Source: an uncultured SAR86 cluster bacterium
GTDB lineage: Bacteria; Pseudomonadota; Gammaproteobacteria; Magnimaribacterales; AG-339-G14
Assembly: GCA_902604535.1 (NCBI GenBank)
Contig: CACKZK010000006.1
Span: 789-64,788 of the forward strand
Direction of reading: 5' to 3'
DNA: 64,000 nt
In this document: positions 28,535-38,361 of the stretch, in pieces
How positions within the stretch are numbered: position 1 is the stretch's first letter
Layout of the letters: each line of letters begins with the position of its first letter
Program-made: the position numbers and the translations under genes
The notes under the pieces: generated by a model
The model's database searches: none
The model's input: the letters and a program-made list of their open reading frames with translations, nothing else
Told to the model about the DNA's origin: nothing

Positions 28535-29287
28535 ATGAAAGTTTTAGTTCCAATAAAGAGAGTTGTTGATTACAACGTTAAAGTTAGGCCAAAAGCTGAT
28601 GAATCTGGCGTAGATTTAAATAATGTGAAAATGGCTATAAATCCTTTTTGCGAAATTGCAGTAGAAGAGGCAGTAAGATTAAAGGAAGCTGGTACCGCCA
28701 GTGAAATAATTGCAGTAACAGTAGGTTCTTCAGCATCACAAGAACAATTAAGAACAGCTCTAGCGTTGGGAGCTGATAGAGCTATTTTAGTAGAAACTGA
28801 CGTCGAGGTAGAACCTTTGGCAATTGCAAAGCTTTTAAAAGGAGTTGTAGAGAAGGAATCCCCTGATTTAGTTATTTTAGGCAAGCAAGCTATTGATGGA
28901 GATAATAATCAAACATCTCAAATGCTGGCAGCTCTTAGTGGCTTTGCTCAAGCAACTTTTGCTTCTGAATTAAAAATTGAAGGTGAAAAAGCAGTTGTAA
29001 CTAGAGAAGTTGATGGCGGCTTGCAAACTATATCTGTAAACCTTCCTTGTATAGTATCAACAGACTTAAGGTTAAATGAACCAAGATACGCATCTTTACC
29101 AAATATAATGAAAGCAAAGCAAAAGCCTCTTGACGTCATAGACGCGGGATCATTGGGAGTAGATATTGAGCCAAGGAATAAAACTTTAAAAGTTTCTCCT
29201 CCTCCTGTCAGAGAAGCTGGAATAATTGTAGAAACTGTTGAAGATTTAGTTGATAAACTTAAAAACGAAGCAAAGGTAATAACATGA
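28535..29287 (+). CDS. etfB: Electron transfer flavoprotein beta subunit
   Basis: [19 protein letters not shown]-terminus and [11 protein letters not shown] motif. Confidence 0.95.
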   Translation: MKVLVPIKRVVDYNVKVRPKADESGVDLNNVKMAINPFCEIAVEEAVRLKEAGTASEIIAVTVGSSASQEQLRTALALGADRAILVETDVEVEPLAIAKLLKGVVEKESPDLVILGKQAIDGDNNQTSQMLAALSGFAQATFASELKIEGEKAVVTREVDGGLQTISVNLPCIVSTDLRLNEPRYASLPNIMKAKQKPLDVIDAGSLGVDIEPRNKTLKVSPPPVREAGIIVETVEDLVDKLKNEAKVIT

Positions 29288-30210
29288 GCATACTTGTAAT
29301 AGCTGAACACGATAATGAAGAGATAAAAGCATCAACGAATAACGTTGTAACTGCTGCCACTAATTTAGAAGGTGATATCCACGTTCTTGTTGCTGGATCT
29401 AATTGTTCTGGGGCAAAAGATCAAGCAACAAAAATATCAGGCGTATCAAAGGTTCTGGTAGCGGATTCTCAAGAATACGAACATTGCCTGGCTGAGAACG
29501 TTGCGGACTTAATTGTTGCAATTTCTGCTGACTACACACACATACTTTCACCAGCAACAACTAATGGTAAAAATTTTATGCCAAGAGTTTCTGCACTTTT
29601 AGATGTTTCTCAAATATCTGATATAACGGCAATTGAGTCTAGCGATACTTTCGAAAGACCAATTTATGCTGGTAATTGTATTGCAACTGTTCAAAACAGC
29701 GATTCAAAAAAAGTAATTACAGTGAGAACAACTGCTTTTGATGCTGCTCAGAATGATGGAAGTGCAGAAGTTGTTGACCTTCAAGAAAATCATAATCTTG
29801 GAATATCAGAATTTATTAAAGAAGAAATTGCAGAATCGGATAGACCTGAATTAACTGCAGCAGATGTAATTATTTCTGGAGGACGTGGTATGCAAAATGG
29901 AGATAATTTCAAAATTCTTGAATCTGTTGCTGATAAATTAGGAGCCGCAATAGGAGCATCTAGAGCTGCAGTAGATTCTGGGTTTGTTCCGAACGATTAC
30001 CAAGTAGGGCAAACAGGAAAAATTGTTGCACCTAACCTTTATATTGCTGTTGGAATATCTGGAGCAATCCAACACTTAGCTGGAATGAAGGATAGTAAAG
30101 TTATAGTAGCAATCAATAAAGATGAGGACGCTCCAATATTTCAGGTAGCTGATTATGGATTAGTCGCTGACCTATTCACTGCTGTTCCTGAACTTGATGC
30201 AAAACTTTAA
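29284..30210 (+). CDS. etfA: Electron transfer flavoprotein alpha subunit
   Basis: [40 protein letters not shown] motifs. Confidence 0.95.
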   Translation: MSILVIAEHDNEEIKASTNNVVTAATNLEGDIHVLVAGSNCSGAKDQATKISGVSKVLVADSQEYEHCLAENVADLIVAISADYTHILSPATTNGKNFMPRVSALLDVSQISDITAIESSDTFERPIYAGNCIATVQNSDSKKVITVRTTAFDAAQNDGSAEVVDLQENHNLGISEFIKEEIAESDRPELTAADVIISGGRGMQNGDNFKILESVADKLGAAIGASRAAVDSGFVPNDYQVGQTGKIVAPNLYIAVGISGAIQHLAGMKDSKVIVAINKDEDAPIFQVADYGLVADLFTAVPELDAKL

Positions 30211-30800
30211 TGTCAAATATTGTTGAAATAACAAAAGGTGCAGAAGATTATTTAGGTAATCTATTGAAGGATTCTGAAGATAAAGATACCAATATAAGAA
30301 TTTTTGTTTCTGATCCTGGGTCGAATAGGGCTGAAACATGTATTGTGTATTGCAAGCCAGGAGAACAAGAACCAACCGACTTTTCTCAAAGTTATGAATT
30401 TTTTAGTGTATTTTTAGATGAAAAAAGTCTTCCTTACCTTGAAGGTGCAAAGGTTGACTACAATCCAGACAAATTTGGAGGTCAATTAACAATTAGAGCT
30501 CCAAAATCAAAAACTCCTTTCTTGTCAGATGAGAGTTCTATTGAAGATAAGATTAATTTTTATTTGCATAGCGAGATTAATCCTTCATTAGCATCGCATG
30601 GAGGAGAGGTTAGTTTGGTTGAAGTTCTAGAGGATAATAAAGCTGTCCTGCAATTCGGTGGTGGATGTCAAGGTTGCAGTATGATTGACGTTACACTTAA
30701 AGATGGCGTCGAAAAAACTCTCATAGAAAATGTTCCTGAAATTACTGGAATTATAGATTCAACCGATCACTCTCATACTGAAAACGCTTATTTTAAGTAA
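30210..30800 (+). CDS. nfuA: Fe-S cluster biogenesis protein NfuA
   Basis: Degenerate A-type N-domain plus a Nfu C-domain with GGGCQGCSM. Confidence 0.9.
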   Translation: MSNIVEITKGAEDYLGNLLKDSEDKDTNIRIFVSDPGSNRAETCIVYCKPGEQEPTDFSQSYEFFSVFLDEKSLPYLEGAKVDYNPDKFGGQLTIRAPKSKTPFLSDESSIEDKINFYLHSEINPSLASHGGEVSLVEVLEDNKAVLQFGGGCQGCSMIDVTLKDGVEKTLIENVPEITGIIDSTDHSHTENAYFK

Positions 30801-30802
30801 CC

Positions 30803-32212
30803 ATGCCTGAAAAGAATGTCTCTTTTGTTTTCAATGACACTGAGACAACAGGGCTAAATATAAACTTCTCTCAGATTATTCAAATTGGTTCTATTTTAAC
30901 GTCAGAAAATTTTCAAGAAATTGATTCTATTGATGATGAATGTCAAATCCTTCCATGGGTAGTTCCTGATCCAGGAGCCTATTTCACTCATAAAAAGATT
31001 TCTACTCTTAATGCAAATTGCAATAAGACTCATTATGATCTAATCAAAGAGATTCACTCAACTTGGCAACAATGGGCCGATTCATCTAATTTAGTTCATA
31101 TTACTTATAACGGTCATAAATTTGATGAAGAATTACTAAGAAGACAATTTTATTGGTATTTGTTGGATCCATATTTAACTAATACTAATAATAATGGTAG
31201 AGCTGATATGTATGTGTTGTTCCAATTACTAGCAAATTTTTATTCAGATGAAATAAGAACGGGGAAAAATGAAAATGGTGATTTGAGTCTTAGACTGAGT
31301 GACTTAGCTGAAGCAAACGGTATTTCTTCAGAAGGTGCTCATGATGCTTTAGAGGATTGTATTTTGATGGTTGAGCTTGGAAAAATTATTAAAGATAAAG
31401 CCCCCGAAGCGTGGAAAATTTTTATTCAAGGTTCATCTAAGAAAGGAAACTTAGATATTTTAAGATCTGAAAAATTTTGTTTAATGGGAGAGGTAGTTCG
31501 AAGAAATAAATATGTTTATCCAATTTATCCTTGCGGTCAAAATAAATCTAATCAAAATCAAATAATTGTTTGTGATTTGTATTTCAATCCGGAAGAATTG
31601 TTTAATCTTAAGGATCATGAACTTTTAGAACAATTAGGAACTCAAGGCGGAGCTTTTAAATTGGTTTCAATTAATAAAAGTATGCCAATTGTTCCCTTAC
31701 ATACTGTTTCAAGACCCTCTTCATATTTAGACCTATCAATTAAAGAATTAACAAGAAGAGCACTTTTAATAAAAGAAAACTTTGAATTTTCAGAAAGACT
31801 CTCCGAGTTATTATTAAAAAAACAAAAGAGTTATCCACCTCCAAAATATGTTGATCAAGCTATATATGAAAGATTTCCAAGTGATTCTGACAGACTCTGG
31901 ATGGAAAAATTTCACATATCAACATGGCAAGATAAAGCAAAATTAAAGGAAGGATTTGAAGACAGCAGATATAGAGAATTAGCATCAAGAATTATAGCTC
32001 TAGAGAAACCTGATTTATTATCTGAAGAAGAAAATGAAGATTTTTCTCAATTTATTAAGGAAAGATTATTTTCAAAAGGACCATGGTTAAATTTAAGTCA
32101 GGCTAATCAAAAATTAGAAAAATTTGATTCTGATGATTCAGATCACTTAATAATTAAAAAAGCACTTAAAGAGCATCTTCAGAGTTTAGAAAAAACTAAT
32201 CTGGCTTTGTAA
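30803..32212 (+). CDS. sbcB: Exodeoxyribonuclease I
   Basis: DEDDh exonuclease motifs (FNDTETTG, YNGHKFDEELLR, HDALEDC) and an SH3-like/C-terminal domain. Length 469 aa. Confidence 0.9.
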   Translation: MPEKNVSFVFNDTETTGLNINFSQIIQIGSILTSENFQEIDSIDDECQILPWVVPDPGAYFTHKKISTLNANCNKTHYDLIKEIHSTWQQWADSSNLVHITYNGHKFDEELLRRQFYWYLLDPYLTNTNNNGRADMYVLFQLLANFYSDEIRTGKNENGDLSLRLSDLAEANGISSEGAHDALEDCILMVELGKIIKDKAPEAWKIFIQGSSKKGNLDILRSEKFCLMGEVVRRNKYVYPIYPCGQNKSNQNQIIVCDLYFNPEELFNLKDHELLEQLGTQGGAFKLVSINKSMPIVPLHTVSRPSSYLDLSIKELTRRALLIKENFEFSERLSELLLKKQKSYPPPKYVDQAIYERFPSDSDRLWMEKFHISTWQDKAKLKEGFEDSRYRELASRIIALEKPDLLSEEENEDFSQFIKERLFSKGPWLNLSQANQKLEKFDSDDSDHLIIKKALKEHLQSLEKTNLAL

Positions 32213-33032
32213 TTAAAAGAAGTAATCCAAATTTTGGATGATCGAAATAATTAATTTCTCCGGATCTAAGTCTTCTAGATTCTTTTAACTTAAAGATAGG
32301 CATTAACTCTTCTTCTTGTAAATAAGGAAGGGCCTTTTCTTGAAATTCTAGTCCTGAATCATTAAATAAAAAACCTTCTATATTTTGATTTATTTTATTT
32401 GGTTCTTCTAAGTTTGATATTGCTTTATCTTCCTTTTGCTCAGCTAGAAAAATTTCGACATCAGTGTGTAAATATCTACCTTTATAAGGTTTTAAAAAGC
32501 CAAAAATCCTTGACCCTCTTTCAATATCTGAATCAATAAATATTTCAAACGAGTTATCTTTTGTAGGTATGGGTTGATACCAAGATTGCTCTCCAATAAA
32601 TCTAAAGTATCTGCTCCTTCTGATTAAATCCTTAAAGTCTTTCATTAAATTATCGTCCCTTTTATCTATCTGAAATATTTGTCTAGGAAATTCCCTTTTT
32701 CGGGTAATGATATTGTTCTCAGTTTTCTTTTTTTGTATCTCTTTTTCAATAAAAGGAATATCTATGGACTGATTTTCTTTTAAAATTTCAAAATTTTTAG
32801 GAGCAACATCAAAATTTGGATATTGGTATTCATTAAGGGTAATAAAAAATCTGTCAAAGTTTGGAATTGGATCTTGAAAGGTTTCTTTTAAGTCTTCATC
32901 TTTTAAGTACTTAACAAAAATTAAGTCAATCCTGTACTCATCATCATTAAGAAAATCTACATTTAGTTGTCTTTTCTCAATTGAAAAGAGACTAAAAGAT
33001 ATCAAAAGGAAAAAAAAATTAACCAGCTTCAT
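32196..33032 (-). CDS. CsiV-family periplasmic protein (putative)
   Basis: Signal peptide, YRIDLIF near the N-terminus and FDHPKFGLLLLI near the C-terminus. Located directly downstream of mfd, as csiV is in other Gammaproteobacteria (from memory). Confidence 0.6.
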   Translation of the reverse strand: MKLVNFFFLLISFSLFSIEKRQLNVDFLNDDEYRIDLIFVKYLKDEDLKETFQDPIPNFDRFFITLNEYQYPNFDVAPKNFEILKENQSIDIPFIEKEIQKKKTENNIITRKREFPRQIFQIDKRDDNLMKDFKDLIRRSRYFRFIGEQSWYQPIPTKDNSFEIFIDSDIERGSRIFGFLKPYKGRYLHTDVEIFLAEQKEDKAISNLEEPNKINQNIEGFLFNDSGLEFQEKALPYLQEEELMPIFKLKESRRLRSGEINYFDHPKFGLLLLITKPD

Positions 33033-35931
33033 CTAATTTCAGGTTAGATATTATTGTTGAAAACGTATCTTGCAAAAATAAAATTGAATTATCTTCTTCA
33101 GGATTAAAAACTAATAAGTTATTGGACTTATCATCAATCAAAATAGGAGACGCAGAATCAAAAGTACATTCAATTCTTTTTCTTGATCCTATTATTTTTT
33201 TTATCATTAGAGGCATGGAAATTATCTTCAGTTTAGTGAGTTCTATAAGGTTTTGAAAAGTTTCTGAAACCGGACCAAATCTATCAATAATTTCATCTTT
33301 TAAGGCCATTAATTCGGCTTGTGTTTTACATTCTGCCAATCTTTTATATATTTCAAGTCTAAGCTCAGCTTGTGGCAGATAATCGTTCTCTATGTATGCT
33401 GGAATGTTCAAATTAATAGATGTATCTATTATTTTATCCTCAGGCATTCCCTTTAATAGATATTTAGCCTTTTTTATCATTTCACTGAAAAGATTTAAAC
33501 CAACGTCATTAACTAAACCACTTTGCTTTTCTCCTAAGATCTCCCCCGCGCCTCTTATTTCCAGGTCTCTCATTGCTAATGCAAGCCCAGCATTAAAAGA
33601 ATCTGTCGATTGTAAGGCTGTAATTCTCTCCTTTGCCTTACCTTTTATATCTTTGAATTCACTCGTAAAAAAATATGCATACGCTTGTGTTAGAGATCTA
33701 CCAACTCTTCCTCTTAGTTGATGAAGTTGCGATAAACCAAAATTATCTGCATCCTTAACTATTAGTGTATTTGCATTGGGAATGTCTATTCCGCTTTCTA
33801 TAATAGTTGTGCAGATAAGAACATCAATTTTTCCTTCTTTAAAATTATCTAATATTTCCTTTATCTTAAGTGAGTCCATTTGACCATGAACGATATCGAT
33901 ATATTTATCAGGGAATATTTGGGTTAATTTATATTTTTCCTCTTCTAACTTATGGATTCTGTTGCACACATAAAATGTTTGTCCGCCTCTCAATGTTTCA
34001 CGACGAATTGCCTCTTTGATAAAGGACTTTGATTCTCTTGAAACAATTGTTTCAACTGGTTTCCTTCCGTGAGGAGGTGATGCAATGATAGAAAAATCTT
34101 TTAGATCAGTTAACGCAAGATTTAATGTTCGAGGAATTGGGGTCGCTGATAAGTACATTACATCTATTTGTGCTTTTAATGATTTAATCTTTTCTTTTTG
34201 CTTCACTCCAAATTTGTGTTCTTCATCAATTATTAATAGACCTACATTATTAAAATCTAATTTATTATTCATCAGTGCATGAGTGCCAATCACAATTAGG
34301 TTGGGCTGATTCAAGATCTTTGAGTAAACATCCTTTTTTTCCTGAGCAGATAGATTTCTGGTTAATAAAACTACATCTACTTCACATTTTAAAAATCTTT
34401 TTTTAAAAGTTTCATAATGTTGTTCCGCAAGAATTGTTGTAGGAACCATCATACAAACTTGAAAACCATTGATGTGAGATATGTATGATGCTCTCAGAGC
34501 CATCTCTGTCTTACCAAAACCAACTTCTCCACAAATTAATCTATCCATCATTTTATTAGAACTAAAGTCGTTCATTAGAGAACGAGAACATTTAAGTTGA
34601 TCTGGTGTGAGTTCATATGGAAAATTTTCAATAAAATCCTGATAATCATTCTTATTTATTTCCAAAGGTGATCTTTTATAGTTTGATCTTTTTGCTTCAG
34701 ACTCTATTAATTGAGCAGCAAAATCGTATGCTTTTTCAAATGTTTTTTGTTTTTTTTGATTCCATTTACTCTTTCTTATTGAATCTAATTTTATTTCATC
34801 CATTCCTACATAAGCTGAAAGAAGATTCATGGAGTGAACAGGCAAATAAATTAAATCTCCTTGATCAAACTCAATAATTAAACATTCTGTGTTGTTTAAT
34901 TTTTTTAATCCTCTATAAATTCCAACTCCATGGTCCAAATGAACCACTTTGGAATCCATTTCAAAAGCAATATTCTCGGTTACAGAAAATCTTTCATAGG
35001 TGTAAGTTTCTTTGATAGTGGATTCGTCTTTTCTACTTTGAATGTTTAAGTTTAAATTCTCTGAATTTAATAAAGAAATTTCATCTAGGGTATTAAATAG
35101 AATTTCAGGAGGAAGGGGAGGTCTGTCAATGTCTAGCTTAAAATCTTCGTATCTTTCACTTATTAGCTCCCAATAATCTGAGAGATATTTTTTTGCTTTA
35201 TTAACGAAGATAATTTTATAATTTTTAAAATAATCATCAAAAAAAGTTCTCTCATAAAAAAATAAAGGTAAATAATGTTCTAATCCTTCTAAATTTTTAC
35301 CTTTCAAGATACTGTCAAAGACGGGTCCGTCTGACTGAAAAGTATTCCTCCAATTTTTTTTGAATATATCAATTGATTTGTCTGTTAATTCATATCCTTT
35401 AGCTGCAATACATTTATATGAATCGATTTCTTTAAATGTGATTTGATCTTCATTTTTGAAATACTTTATAGAAATAACTTCGTCATCGAAAAGATCAATT
35501 CTAATAGGTAGCTTTGAATTACTAGGAAATATATCTATTACAGATCCTCTTATGGCGTATTGTCCGTTCTTTACTACTAAATCTTCCCTTTCGTAACCAG
35601 AGTTACTTAAAAATTTAGTCAGTTTCTTTAAATCAATCTGTTGATTTTTTGATATTTGAAATGTTTTTTCAAAGATATATTTTTTATCAAATAAAGGCTG
35701 AATGATTGATGAGGCAGTGCAGGCAAAGCTAATTTCTTCTTCAATTAATAATCTCAGCGTTTCTATGCGGCTCCCTAGAAGAGAAGGATCAGGAGAAAAA
35801 TTATCATACGGTAGAATTTCAAGATCTGTTAAAATTTCTAAATTTTCAAAAAAGGATGGATTAGATTCCTTATACCTATCCAACTGGTATTTATTTTCAA
35901 AAATTATTATATTTTTTTGATCTAAATTCAT
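33019..35931 (-). CDS. mfd: Transcription-repair coupling factor Mfd (compact, 970 aa)
   Basis: UvrB-homology module (LPYDNFSP, RGSVIDIFP), RNAP-interaction/CarD-like domain (VVHLDHGVGIYRG), SF2 translocase motifs (GEVGFGKTE, DEEHKFG, SATPIPRT, QLHQLRGRVGR) and a TRG-like region. Confidence 0.95.
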   Translation of the reverse strand: MNLDQKNIIIFENKYQLDRYKESNPSFFENLEILTDLEILPYDNFSPDPSLLGSRIETLRLLIEEEISFACTASSIIQPLFDKKYIFEKTFQISKNQQIDLKKLTKFLSNSGYEREDLVVKNGQYAIRGSVIDIFPSNSKLPIRIDLFDDEVISIKYFKNEDQITFKEIDSYKCIAAKGYELTDKSIDIFKKNWRNTFQSDGPVFDSILKGKNLEGLEHYLPLFFYERTFFDDYFKNYKIIFVNKAKKYLSDYWELISERYEDFKLDIDRPPLPPEILFNTLDEISLLNSENLNLNIQSRKDESTIKETYTYERFSVTENIAFEMDSKVVHLDHGVGIYRGLKKLNNTECLIIEFDQGDLIYLPVHSMNLLSAYVGMDEIKLDSIRKSKWNQKKQKTFEKAYDFAAQLIESEAKRSNYKRSPLEINKNDYQDFIENFPYELTPDQLKCSRSLMNDFSSNKMMDRLICGEVGFGKTEMALRASYISHINGFQVCMMVPTTILAEQHYETFKKRFLKCEVDVVLLTRNLSAQEKKDVYSKILNQPNLIVIGTHALMNNKLDFNNVGLLIIDEEHKFGVKQKEKIKSLKAQIDVMYLSATPIPRTLNLALTDLKDFSIIASPPHGRKPVETIVSRESKSFIKEAIRRETLRGGQTFYVCNRIHKLEEEKYKLTQIFPDKYIDIVHGQMDSLKIKEILDNFKEGKIDVLICTTIIESGIDIPNANTLIVKDADNFGLSQLHQLRGRVGRSLTQAYAYFFTSEFKDIKGKAKERITALQSTDSFNAGLALAMRDLEIRGAGEILGEKQSGLVNDVGLNLFSEMIKKAKYLLKGMPEDKIIDTSINLNIPAYIENDYLPQAELRLEIYKRLAECKTQAELMALKDEIIDRFGPVSETFQNLIELTKLKIISMPLMIKKIIGSRKRIECTFDSASPILIDDKSNNLLVFNPEEDNSILFLQDTFSTIISNLKLDEAG

Positions 35932-36010
35932 TAGTTTCTGCTTATTAAGATCCCTCTACATTGTGTATAATGACGTCGTCTATTTTGCCCTAAACTATAG
36001 AGGTGTTTTA

Positions 36011-37204
36011 ATGAATTTATCATTTTCTAAAGAAGATCAAGAATTTCAACAAGAGGTTAGAACTTTTATTGATCAAAATTATCCTTCTGAAATAAAAGAG
36101 AAGCAAGACCAAGGTATTCCTTTAAGTAAAGAAGATACTGTCAAATGGCATAAAATCTTAAACGACAAAGGCTGGCTAGCTGTTAATTGGCCAGAAGAAC
36201 TTGGTGGTACTGGTTGGTCAGTTACACAAAAACATATATTTCAAAACGAATTAGCTGCAGCTAACACTCCAACTTTGATGCCTTTTGGCGTGAACATGTG
36301 TGGACCTGTTGTTTACACTTTTGGTTCAGACGAACAGAAAGAATTTCATCTACCAAAAATCCTTAATGGAGATATCTGGTGGTGTCAGGGTTATTCTGAG
36401 CCAGGTTCCGGTTCTGATTTAGCTTCTCTGAAAACTAAAGCAGAAAGGAAAGGTGACGTTTATGTAGTAAATGGAGCTAAAACTTGGACTACATTAGCTC
36501 AGCATGCCGACTGGATTTTTTGTCTAGTAAGAACCGATAGCAGCGGAAAAAAACAAGAAGGTATAAGTTTCCTGTTAATCGATATGAAAACACCTGGAGT
36601 AGAAGTTAAGCCTATTATCACGATAGATGGAACTCACGAAGTTAATATGGTTTATTTTGACAATGTTGAAGTCCCAGTTACCAATTTAGTTGGTGAAGAA
36701 GGTTTTGGGTGGAGTATTGCCAAATTCCTTTTAGCTCATGAAAGAACTGGTATCGCAGGAATTCCATCGCTAAAAAGAGAATTAGACAGGCTAAGAGATA
36801 TCACTACTCAAATCCAAGTAGGTGAGGGATCCCTTCGAGATGATGCAATGTTTATGGCAAAGCTGGATCGTTTAGAAATAAAACTTACTGCAGCCGAATA
36901 TACTGAACTAAGAACTCTAGCTGCTATGTCTGCTGGAGGTCATCCGGGTCCAGAATCATCAATATTAAAAATTCTTGGTACTGATCTTCAACAGGAATTA
37001 TCTGACTTATTTGTTGAAGCAGTAGGATATTATGCTCATCCTTTCATGACCGAAGAAGATTTGGCTTCAAATGAATCAAGAATTGGTCCTGACTTCGCTG
37101 CACCAGTTATGCCTCACTACCTTAATTATAGAAAAGTATCTATTTACGGTGGGAGCAACGAAATTCAGAGAAATGTAATTTCAAAAGCAGTTCTAGGTTT
37201 ATAA
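36011..37204 (+). CDS. Acyl-CoA dehydrogenase (catalytic Glu apparently at the IVD/LCAD-type position)
   Basis: ACAD N, middle and C domains (WCQGYSEPGSGSD, YGGSNEIQRN). ATG 36011, preceded by GAGGTG, preferred over track start 35963. Confidence 0.88.
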   Translation: MNLSFSKEDQEFQQEVRTFIDQNYPSEIKEKQDQGIPLSKEDTVKWHKILNDKGWLAVNWPEELGGTGWSVTQKHIFQNELAAANTPTLMPFGVNMCGPVVYTFGSDEQKEFHLPKILNGDIWWCQGYSEPGSGSDLASLKTKAERKGDVYVVNGAKTWTTLAQHADWIFCLVRTDSSGKKQEGISFLLIDMKTPGVEVKPIITIDGTHEVNMVYFDNVEVPVTNLVGEEGFGWSIAKFLLAHERTGIAGIPSLKRELDRLRDITTQIQVGEGSLRDDAMFMAKLDRLEIKLTAAEYTELRTLAAMSAGGHPGPESSILKILGTDLQQELSDLFVEAVGYYAHPFMTEEDLASNESRIGPDFAAPVMPHYLNYRKVSIYGGSNEIQRNVISKAVLGL

Positions 37205-37222
37205 ACAAATCAAGGTTGAGAT

Positions 37223-38350
37223 ATGGATTTTTCACTTACAGAAGAACAACAACTTCTTCAAGACAGTATCAATCAGTTTATTGAAAGAGAATACACTTTC
37301 GATGATAGAAAGAAATACCTAGATTCAGAAAAGGGTTTCAATGAAGAGAATTGGAAAACTTTTGGAAGTTTAGGTTGGTTGGGTATGCCATTTTCTGAAG
37401 ATGATGGCGGATATAATGGCGGGCCTGTTGATGTTATGGTCATTATGGAGAATTTGGGTAAGGGTCTCATTGTAGAACCTTATGTTCCATCAATTCTTTT
37501 GTCTGGGAGAATCCTTGCTGATTTAGGTTCTGATGAGCAAAAATTAAATTATTTACATCCAATGATAAGTGGAGAGAAAATTACTACTTTTGCATATATA
37601 GAACCTCAAAGTAGATTTAATTTATCGGACTGTTTAACTAAAGCAACGGTATCTGATGATGGATATGTTTTAGATGGTTATAAAGCATTAGTTCATAATG
37701 CATCTGCTTCGGACACATTAATCGTATCTGCTAGGACATCAGGCAATCAATGCGATGAAAAAGGTATTTCACTTTTTCTACTGGATGTTAACAGTAAAGG
37801 AGTTTCTCTTAGAAATTATTCTACTATTGATGGTGGTAAAGCATCTGAATTAACTCTTGAAAATGTATCAGTTCCAAAAGATTCTTTATTAGGCGAGATT
37901 GATGCAGGCTTTTCTACTATAGAAAATGCAATCGATCTTGCTACATTAGGTATATGCGCTGAAGCAGTTGGCATCATGGGTAAAATGAACGAAATGACGC
38001 TTGAATATACTAAAACTAGGGAACAATTCGAACAAAAATTAAGTCAGTTTCAAGCCTTACAGCATCGAATGGTTGATAATTTTATGCATTATGAGCAATC
38101 TAAATCTTTGTTAGTAATGTGTGCTGCAAAAATGAACGATAATACTGAGGATAAAAAGAAAGCATTGGCTTCATTAAAATATCAAATTGGACTATCCGGT
38201 AAACACATAGGAGAAGAGTCAATTCAACTTCACGGTGGAATGGGTGTTACGGATGAAATGCACATTGGTCATTATTTTAAAAGGCTAACTACAATAAGAA
38301 CTTTATACGGAAATTCTGATTACCATTTAAGCAACTACGCATCTTTATAA
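37223..38350 (+). CDS. Acyl-CoA dehydrogenase family protein (possible non-catalytic partner subunit)
   Basis: ACAD fold throughout (GISLFLLD, QLHGGMGVTDE). No Glu at either canonical catalytic-base position in my by-eye alignment. Confidence 0.8.
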   Translation: MDFSLTEEQQLLQDSINQFIEREYTFDDRKKYLDSEKGFNEENWKTFGSLGWLGMPFSEDDGGYNGGPVDVMVIMENLGKGLIVEPYVPSILLSGRILADLGSDEQKLNYLHPMISGEKITTFAYIEPQSRFNLSDCLTKATVSDDGYVLDGYKALVHNASASDTLIVSARTSGNQCDEKGISLFLLDVNSKGVSLRNYSTIDGGKASELTLENVSVPKDSLLGEIDAGFSTIENAIDLATLGICAEAVGIMGKMNEMTLEYTKTREQFEQKLSQFQALQHRMVDNFMHYEQSKSLLVMCAAKMNDNTEDKKKALASLKYQIGLSGKHIGEESIQLHGGMGVTDEMHIGHYFKRLTTIRTLYGNSDYHLSNYASL

Positions 38351-38361
38351 AACAAATTTAG

